Shown: positions 57,688-64,000 of the stretch, one piece after another
How positions within the stretch are numbered: the stretch's first letter is position 1
How the letters are laid out: the number at the start of each line of letters is the position of its first letter
Source of the DNA: a virus
Virus record (IMG/VR): IMGVR_UViG_3300037475_000032
Location: 64,001-128,000 of that record
Reading direction: 5' to 3' (one strand)
Length of the DNA: 64,000 bases
Position numbers and translations under genes: made by a program
The notes under the pieces: model-generated
Told to the model about the DNA's origin: nothing
What the model saw: the letters and a program-made list of their open reading frames with translations, nothing else
Databases searched by the model: none

Positions 57688-58164
57688 ATGAGCAACATCA
57701 CACTCACTTCCGGCGACTTGTTCGCATCGAGGGCTCAGACGCTTGTGAACGCCACCAACTGTCAGGGTGTTATGGGCGCTGGGATCGCAAGAGCGTTCAA
57801 GGAACGCTTTCCCACCATGTTCGAGGACTACCAGCGGGCATGTGAGGCCGGAGAGCACACGGCCACGCAGCCACACTTCTGGCGCAACCCTGGCGACAAG
57901 CCTCCGTGGATGAGCTACGAACGACAGAGCGTGCTCAACATCGCCAGCACACCGCACATGGGCGATACGCCGAAGCTCAGCCTCATCGCCGTCAACCTCG
58001 TATGGATCGTGGAGAACTACGAGGAGGTCGGGATCAGGTCGCTGGCGGTTCCGGCGCTCGGATGCGGGATCGGCGGGGGCGACTGGAGTTTGATGAAGCC
58101 CCTGCTCGTCAACTTCTTGAGCCTCATCGACATCCCCGTAGAGATCTACGAGCCACAGTCTTGA
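57688..58164 (+). CDS. macrodomain ADP-ribosyl glycohydrolase (DarG/TARG1-like)
   Basis: GDLF, VNATNCQGVMGAGIA, LAVPALGCGIGGGDW. Confidence 0.9.
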   Translation: MSNITLTSGDLFASRAQTLVNATNCQGVMGAGIARAFKERFPTMFEDYQRACEAGEHTATQPHFWRNPGDKPPWMSYERQSVLNIASTPHMGDTPKLSLIAVNLVWIVENYEEVGIRSLAVPALGCGIGGGDWSLMKPLLVNFLSLIDIPVEIYEPQS

Positions 58165-58189
58165 CATAGGTCGAAGGATAGGCTACACT
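58161..58189 (+). promoter_or_regulatory. early promoter
   Basis: TTGACA-N17-TACACT with ATAGGC. Confidence 0.8.
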
Positions 58190-58292
58190 ACCGCACACCA
58201 CTTTGCCGATTCCCATGCCGAGCTAGCCGCCCGGCAAGGGAATCGGCAGATATCCCAACAATCTGCCACACGATTTCAAGGAGCTAACCAAA

Positions 58293-59108
58293 GTGATCCA
58301 GATTCACCACATCAATGGCAGCGTGCTATTCACTGCCGAGAACGCACGGGACGTGCGAGAGGCCGTGGAAGAGGCACGCAGGGTAGGCGCTAACCTCGAA
58401 GGCGCTTACCTCCGAGGCGCTAACCTCGAAGGCGCTAACCTCCGAGGCGCTTACCTCGAAGGCGCTAACCTCCGAGGCGCTTACCTCCGAGGCGCTAACC
58501 TCGAAGGCGCTAACCTCGAAGGCGCTTACCTCCGAGGCGCTAACCTCGAAGGCGCTTACCTCCGAGGCGCTTACCTCCGAGGCGCTTACCTCCGAGGCGC
58601 TAACCTCGAAGGCGCTAACCTCCGAGGCGCTTACCTCGAAGGCGCTTACCTCCGAGGCGCTAACCTCGAAGGCGCTAACCTCCGAGGCGCTAACCTCGAA
58701 GGCGCTAACCTCGAAGGCGCTAACGGGGCAAATCCCTATCTCATCAACGATCTGCTCATGCTGCACGATCAGGTCGGGAAGATCAGGGCCTACAAGCTGG
58801 TCAACGAGGCAGCGGAGGGTCCGACGTACGGTGGCATCAAGTACGAGAAGGGCAAGGAGTACTCCGTCGATGGCGCAGACACGGACGTAGATGTCCTGTG
58901 TGGCGCTGGCATCAACGTGGCGACGTTGCCTTGGTGCATGAAAGAATGGCGAGAGGGCTTCCGCATCCTCGTCATCGAGTTCACGGCCAAGGACATCGCA
59001 GCCATCCCCACGGCCAGCGATGGCAAGTTCCGTCTGCATCGCTGCAAGGTCGTGGGTGAGAAGGACTTGAAGGAGATCGGTCTCGTCCCGGAGATCGAGA
59101 AGGCGTAA
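58293..59108 (+). CDS. pentapeptide repeat protein with C-terminal globular domain
   Basis: About 22 A[NY]L[ER]G repeats. Confidence 0.92.
   Translation: MIQIHHINGSVLFTAENARDVREAVEEARRVGANLEGAYLRGANLEGANLRGAYLEGANLRGAYLRGANLEGANLEGAYLRGANLEGAYLRGAYLRGAYLRGANLEGANLRGAYLEGAYLRGANLEGANLRGANLEGANLEGANGANPYLINDLLMLHDQVGKIRAYKLVNEAAEGPTYGGIKYEKGKEYSVDGADTDVDVLCGAGINVATLPWCMKEWREGFRILVIEFTAKDIAAIPTASDGKFRLHRCKVVGEKDLKEIGLVPEIEKA
58386..58724 (+). repeat. 15-bp tandem repeat (about 22 copies)
   Basis: GGCGCT[A/T]ACCTC[GA/CG]A. Confidence 0.95.
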
Positions 59109-59114
59109 GCCACC

Positions 59115-59369
59115 ATGGTCTTCCACCGCATCGACACCATACGCTATCGCGTCCTTGATGATGAGGACGGGAAGCTCCTTGGCACCGTCAACAAGGAAAC
59201 ATTCAGGACGTACCCTGATGGCCTTGAGGGCGATGTCAAGGAGGGGTGCTTCTGGTTGGCGCACAGTCGGGGATACGTTCAGGTCCCTGGCAAGTTCGCC
59301 AGCCGGAAGGCAGCGGCGGAAGCGTTGATCGATAGTCAGACGAAACCAGCGGCCAAGCTAGCTGCTTGA
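59115..59369 (+). CDS. hypothetical protein
   Basis: 84-aa ORF. Confidence 0.65.
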   Translation: MVFHRIDTIRYRVLDDEDGKLLGTVNKETFRTYPDGLEGDVKEGCFWLAHSRGYVQVPGKFASRKAAAEALIDSQTKPAAKLAA

Positions 59370-59394
59370 CATTGGTCTCGACATAGGCTACACT
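59366..59394 (+). promoter_or_regulatory. early promoter
   Basis: TTGACA-N17-TACACT with ATAGGC. Confidence 0.8.
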
Positions 59395-59429
59395 ATCGGT
59401 ACAACGAACTTCAAGGAGCCCCAAACCCC

Positions 59430-61382
59430 ATGATTCCCTCTGTAGCAGAAGACATCAACGTGGAGAGCACCGTGACTGGCGAGAAGATCGCCATGTCGCT
59501 GGACGAGAACAGTCTCGCTCACCTCATGACGGTGCTGACCAACCTGTACTCCGACCCCGAGATGGCGGTACTGCGTGAGTACAGCACGAACGCCCGTGAC
59601 TCCCACATCGAGGCGGGCACCACGCGGCCCATCGAGGTCACGTTGCCTTCGGTCCTCAATCCCTTCCTGCACATCAAGGACTTCGGCATCGGCTTGAACG
59701 AATCTGACATCGCCGAGATCTACAGCAAGTACGGCGCGAGCACCAAGCGTGAGACCAACGAACAGACGGGCGTCCTTGGCCTTGGCTGCAAGAGCGGCCT
59801 GACCTACAGCCCACAGTTCTCGCTCGTCGGCATCAAGGAGGGTACACGCACGATGGTCAGCATTGCGCGTGACGAGGATGGCACGGGCTCGATGACGATT
59901 GTCGAAAGCTCGCCCACCGATGAGCCCAACGGCGTCGAGGTCATCATCCCTGTGCGTCGCTACAACAACCTCGAAGACAAGTCCCGTGACTTGTTCCGCT
60001 TCTGGGAGCCGGGCACAGTGCTCGTCAACGGCGAGGAACCAGAACGCATCGAGGGCACGAAGGTCTCGGATACCATGCTTATCGCCGAGCGTCTGCACAC
60101 GGACTACATCGTCATGGGCGGTGTCCCTTACCCCGTGTCGCTCAACACTCCGCTGGCGGGCAAGTACAAGCTCGTGGTCTTCGCTGAGATCGGTGATATC
60201 AACTTCACGCCTAGCCGCGAGGACTTGCAGCAGACCAAGCGCACAAAGGACTTCATTGCCCTGGCCCAGGAGCGCTTCGTCTCGCAGGTACAGGGAGCGA
60301 TTCAGCGTGATATCGATGGTGCTGAAAGCCCTCGTGCCGCCTTCTACACGGCCATCAAATGGCGCGATGCACTTCCGCACCTCAAGATGGACATGACCTA
60401 CAAGCAGCAGGAAATCCCGCTGGAGTTCGTTGCTCCCGAAGGCAAGAAGATCGTGGTCAGTAACCGCAACAGCGATGTGTTGAGCCGACACAGCAAGCAC
60501 ACCACGCTTGCGGCTGGCACGTTCATCAATGGCCTGCTCGTCTACGGCTACAACATGACGAACTTCACGGCCAGTCACAAGAAGAAGCTCAAGAAGTTCG
60601 CGGAAGAAGCGGGCATCAACGCCGAACACTTCATCCTCAGCGAGGACCGCATCGAATCTGTGTGGCTCGATCCGGCCAGCATGGTGGAGTGGGAGGCCAT
60701 TCGTGCCATCAAGCTCGACAATCACGGCAGAGCCGGGGGGGCAGGTCGAGTCAAGGGCTCGTACGACATGTGGGAGCAAGGCACGTTCCGCAACGAGGTC
60801 CCGGCCGAGGAGATCGATGGCGAACTGCCCTTGTTCTACTTCACCACACACGACTTCAAGGTTGTGGGTCGCAACGCTACTCGCAACGGCGATGCTGTGC
60901 GCCTTGTCACCAAGCACTTCCCTGACTGCACAGTGGTCCTCATGGGAGCCAACCGCACATCGAAGTTCTGCCGCGACTTCCCGAGCGCCAAGTCCATTCA
61001 GCAGGTGCTTCGTGAGACCTATGAGAGGATCGCGGACGAAATCGATCCCAAGTACATCAAGGCGTACAAGCTGGACGGCGCAAGTTCGTACGGTCGTCCT
61101 CTCAGTCGCCTGGACGCTTCGTTGATCGATGACCCCGACCTGGCCGAATCAGTGCGTCTGTCGGACATGACGGGTGTCGAAGGCGCAGTAGAACCACTGC
61201 GCGAGTTCAGCGGCTTGATGCAATACGTCGGGATATCTGATAGACTCCAGTATGACTTCGAGCACGACCCGCTCGACAACTACCCACTGCTATCCAACTG
61301 CAACTTCCGTAACGAAGTCCCGTCTCACCTTTACCTATACGTCAACGCCGTCTACGCGGCATCCCAAGCAGAAAAGGAGTAG
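59430..61382 (+). CDS. rIIA-like protein (GHKL ATPase)
   Basis: LYSD..VLREYSTNARDSH, DFGIG, STKR..GVLGLGCKS, FTPSREDL. Confidence 0.88.
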   Translation: MIPSVAEDINVESTVTGEKIAMSLDENSLAHLMTVLTNLYSDPEMAVLREYSTNARDSHIEAGTTRPIEVTLPSVLNPFLHIKDFGIGLNESDIAEIYSKYGASTKRETNEQTGVLGLGCKSGLTYSPQFSLVGIKEGTRTMVSIARDEDGTGSMTIVESSPTDEPNGVEVIIPVRRYNNLEDKSRDLFRFWEPGTVLVNGEEPERIEGTKVSDTMLIAERLHTDYIVMGGVPYPVSLNTPLAGKYKLVVFAEIGDINFTPSREDLQQTKRTKDFIALAQERFVSQVQGAIQRDIDGAESPRAAFYTAIKWRDALPHLKMDMTYKQQEIPLEFVAPEGKKIVVSNRNSDVLSRHSKHTTLAAGTFINGLLVYGYNMTNFTASHKKKLKKFAEEAGINAEHFILSEDRIESVWLDPASMVEWEAIRAIKLDNHGRAGGAGRVKGSYDMWEQGTFRNEVPAEEIDGELPLFYFTTHDFKVVGRNATRNGDAVRLVTKHFPDCTVVLMGANRTSKFCRDFPSAKSIQQVLRETYERIADEIDPKYIKAYKLDGASSYGRPLSRLDASLIDDPDLAESVRLSDMTGVEGAVEPLREFSGLMQYVGISDRLQYDFEHDPLDNYPLLSNCNFRNEVPSHLYLYVNAVYAASQAEKE

Positions 61383-61389
61383 GACCATC

Positions 61390-62520
61390 ATGGCCCAGAC
61401 AGCAAGCCCACTCGATCAGAACGCGAAGGTCTTTGCGTTCGTCAAGGCTGCGCTTGAGAGGGGCGATGGTCCCTCCGTAGTTGCAGCAGCCGTAGAGGAC
61501 AAGTACGGCATCACCACGACCAAGGACTCGATCCGCAGGTTCCGTGAGCGTCACGGCATCGCATCGGTCAAGAAGACCACCAAGGCCACGCCAAAGGCGA
61601 AGGCATCAAAGCCCAAGCCCGTGAAGGCCGCCTTCCAATACTCGATCATCGAGCAGGACGGCGAGCAGTGCATCACGGTCTTCGCTCCTGGCGAGACGCC
61701 GAAGGTGGCGGACTCGTCGCACCCCAACTTCTCTACGATGGTGGAGAAGGCCAAGGCGGGCGACATCGACGTGCTCGATCTCTTCGACGTGGAGAGGGTC
61801 ATCCGCGAGAACTTCACACGACTCTCTGAGCGCGTGTTGGTCCGCGACGGCCGTATCTACTTCGACGGCAACGAGTTGGACAACGCGATCACAGAGCACA
61901 TCCTTCGCTTCCTCGATGAAGGTGGCGCAGATGGCGACTGGAGCCCGCTCGTGAACTTCCTGGAGAAGATCCAGGACAACCCCATCGAGCACTCACGCGA
62001 GCAGCTTTACCGCTGGCTCGCATCGCACAAGTTCTCGATCACCCACGAGGGCGACATCGTTGCCTACAAGGGTGTGAAGCGCAACAGTGATGAGGACGCG
62101 GAGCACGAGTTCCAGAGCGTCTACGGTGGTCACGCCATCGTGGATGAGGTCGAGGTGCATGGCGAGGTGCCGCAGTCTATCGGCTCCGTCGTGGAAATGC
62201 CTCGTACCGAGGTGGCTCACAACCCACGCGAGGCGTGCTCCAGTGGTCTGCACGTCGCCACGTTCAGCTACGCCAAGGGATGGGGCGAGGTGGTCCTTGA
62301 GGTCCACGTCAACCCGCGTGACATCGTGTCCGTGCCAAACGGCGAGGCAGAAAAGGCCCGTACGTGCCGCTACTACGTCGAGGATGTCGTGACGGCTCCT
62401 TACGAGGCCGCCATCGTCCTCGACACCACGCCTGCGCCAGTCCCGGCGCAGGATGACGACGAGTGCCTGCACTGCGCGTGCTTCGACGCAGGCGACCAGT
62501 GCTGCGTGTGCGGTGCGTAA
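61390..62520 (+). CDS. rIIB-like protein
   Basis: Follows rIIA; PLVNFLEK..NP..EQLY, AYKGV, CSSGLHV, VNPRDIVSVP. Confidence 0.88.
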   Translation: MAQTASPLDQNAKVFAFVKAALERGDGPSVVAAAVEDKYGITTTKDSIRRFRERHGIASVKKTTKATPKAKASKPKPVKAAFQYSIIEQDGEQCITVFAPGETPKVADSSHPNFSTMVEKAKAGDIDVLDLFDVERVIRENFTRLSERVLVRDGRIYFDGNELDNAITEHILRFLDEGGADGDWSPLVNFLEKIQDNPIEHSREQLYRWLASHKFSITHEGDIVAYKGVKRNSDEDAEHEFQSVYGGHAIVDEVEVHGEVPQSIGSVVEMPRTEVAHNPREACSSGLHVATFSYAKGWGEVVLEVHVNPRDIVSVPNGEAEKARTCRYYVEDVVTAPYEAAIVLDTTPAPVPAQDDDECLHCACFDAGDQCCVCGA

Positions 62521-62680
62521 ATGGAACACACGATTGCACATCTCAGGCGCGATGTAGAGCGTGAGCGCGCAAGGGCAGACTTCTTGGAGGCTGCCCTGCG
62601 CAACTACGCTGAGCACGCCTGGAATGATCTCAAGCGCACGTTGGCAATCGACTATCCACGAGCACTACCAACAACTAACG

Positions 62681-62932
62681 ATGACTAACGAAGACACCAA
62701 CATCCTGGACGAGTTCCCCGCTCACATGGGCCGCACTCCTATCTATCCGTGGGACGAGTGGACCGATGGTCAGATCAGGGAGCTTGTTCAGGGTGAGGAC
62801 TTCTACTCGGAGGCCACGTCGTTTCGCACGCTCATCCATCGGACAGCGCGTAGACGTGGGCTCAAGGCCAAGACTCGCATCAGCGACGACAAGAAAAGCG
62901 TGATCGTTGCCTTCTACAAGGAGCAGTCATGA
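62681..62932 (+). CDS. small DNA-binding-like phage protein
   Basis: GR.PIYPWDEWTDG..GEDF. Confidence 0.65.
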   Translation: MTNEDTNILDEFPAHMGRTPIYPWDEWTDGQIRELVQGEDFYSEATSFRTLIHRTARRRGLKAKTRISDDKKSVIVAFYKEQS

Positions 62933-63372
62933 CAGACTCAAAGCCCTGTGGTGATTGCTCCCATGATCTAGACCGGCACAGCGCCCAGGAAGGCATGTGC
63001 TTGGATTGCGAGTGCCATGGTTGGAGCGCTGAGGCGACTCGTGACTGGAAGATCGACAGCGGTGTGATAGTTGAGCGCATGGAGGGCTATCGCTGGGTCG
63101 AGGTCATCCGCTTCGGTGAGGCGTATATCAGGCAGATCAGCGATATCCCTGACCGAGGCCAATGCTTTGAATTGCGCATCCCTGCCATTCATCCCCGCAC
63201 GCACAAATGGACGGACGAAGACGGAGATCGCAACTACGTCCGCAAGGAAATGGAGTGCGGTAGACTTGACATCCATCGCGGTTGGCCTACTGTGGTAGGC
63301 TACATTCAGGATGAGGATACTGGCTCCTACCACAAGGAGCGTTGGAGCCTATACGAAGAGGACAAGACATGA
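62929..63372 (+). CDS. hypothetical protein
   Basis: Coupled ORF. Confidence 0.65.
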   Translation: MTDSKPCGDCSHDLDRHSAQEGMCLDCECHGWSAEATRDWKIDSGVIVERMEGYRWVEVIRFGEAYIRQISDIPDRGQCFELRIPAIHPRTHKWTDEDGDRNYVRKEMECGRLDIHRGWPTVVGYIQDEDTGSYHKERWSLYEEDKT

Positions 63373-63740
63373 GCTACGACCTATACGACTTCAAGGAAAG
63401 CCTCCAGATCGCTGGAGTAGAGGCCACACGAGTTGAGCACTGCTCGCTCGGCTTCGGTGACTCGCCCGAGGGCTATGGCTCATGGGAGGGCGGCTTCGTC
63501 TGTCATACACGTAGCGGCAAGCCGTGGATCTTCGTCTTCGGTTGGTGCGACACGACCGGCTGGGGATGTCAGGACGGTGCGTACGTCCACGAGTTCGATC
63601 ACGAGCCCACGCGCGAGGAGATCAGAGAGGCATGGGGCAAGGAGTTGTACTCCAGTGAACGCCTTGAGAACATGCTCCTGCTCGCCGACGAGGACCCCAT
63701 CGACATCAACCGCTACCTGCGAGGCGAAACCAATGCCTGA
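63369..63740 (+). CDS. hypothetical phage protein
   Basis: GWCDTTGWGCQ. Confidence 0.7.
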   Translation: MSYDLYDFKESLQIAGVEATRVEHCSLGFGDSPEGYGSWEGGFVCHTRSGKPWIFVFGWCDTTGWGCQDGAYVHEFDHEPTREEIREAWGKELYSSERLENMLLLADEDPIDINRYLRGETNA

Positions 63741-63972
63741 GGTCACGGTCATCGACGGTCGCTGTGGCGACGACTTGTGCGAATACAAGGGCTCTTACTT
63801 CGTGGCCGTGCGTTGTGGTAACTGTGGCCTTGAGGGTGAGCTTCATTGCACCAAGGGTCACGAGGCATGGCGCACAGCGAAATGGGAGGAGTGCCCGCGT
63901 TGCTCCTGTGACAGCTTGAACGCAGGCGACTATCTCCGCGATGGCGAGGATGGTGAGCCCGATGAGGACTGA
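63733..63972 (+). CDS. Cys-rich small protein
   Basis: CGNCG..CPRC. Confidence 0.55.
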   Translation: MPEVTVIDGRCGDDLCEYKGSYFVAVRCGNCGLEGELHCTKGHEAWRTAKWEECPRCSCDSLNAGDYLRDGEDGEPDED

Positions 63973-64000
63973 CGGCCGCGTAGAGCTATTGGCGACTGCC

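Noticed and set aside
58386-58724. CRISPR array
   Set aside because: In-frame coding tandem repeat without unique spacers
58326-60917. Long antisense ORFs (312 aa and 509 aa)
   Set aside because: Shadows of the pentapeptide and rIIA genes in GC-rich sequence
1-64000. Bacterial chromosome origin (dnaE, ssrA, rnpB, cca)
   Set aside because: Terminase, portal, lysin, rIIA/B, dense small ORFs and divergent RNA genes indicate a phage; no integrase or att site was seen

Overview
A 64-kb segment of a large, high-GC tailed phage. The host is probably actinobacterial, judged from the GC content and many apparently leaderless genes. (1) 1-10.8 kb, minus strand: replication module (DnaE alpha N-terminus, DNA methyltransferase, RNase H, putative SSB, primase, DnaB-like helicase, DnaC/IstB-like loader, kinase, HTH, SWIM). 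(2) 11-14.4 kb: class II ribonucleotide reductase, cyclic-phosphate-processing receiver domain, HNH. (3) 14.4-25.1 kb: a very large RNA-gene array of about 48 tRNAs covering all 20 amino acids, none with an encoded CCA. It also holds a tmRNA with a 34-aa tag, a compact RNase P RNA, Pth2, several tRNA mimics (one circularly permuted) and more than 10 unexplained structured RNA spacers, behind an attenuator-like leader. (4) 25-38 kb: lysis, tail-fibre-like genes, terminase, probable portal and internal virion proteins. (5) 38-55 kb: nucleotide and RNA-end metabolism, including a 1163-aa YunG-GNAT-CCA-adding enzyme/HD fusion that looks like a polyprotein. (6) 55-64 kb: early genes behind a repeated TTGACA/ATAGGCTA promoter (macrodomain, pentapeptide repeat, rIIA/rIIB). 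The best candidate new system is a phage-encoded tRNA production, maturation and decoy module. All calls are by eye; no searches or folding programs were run, and RNA ends may be off by a few nt.
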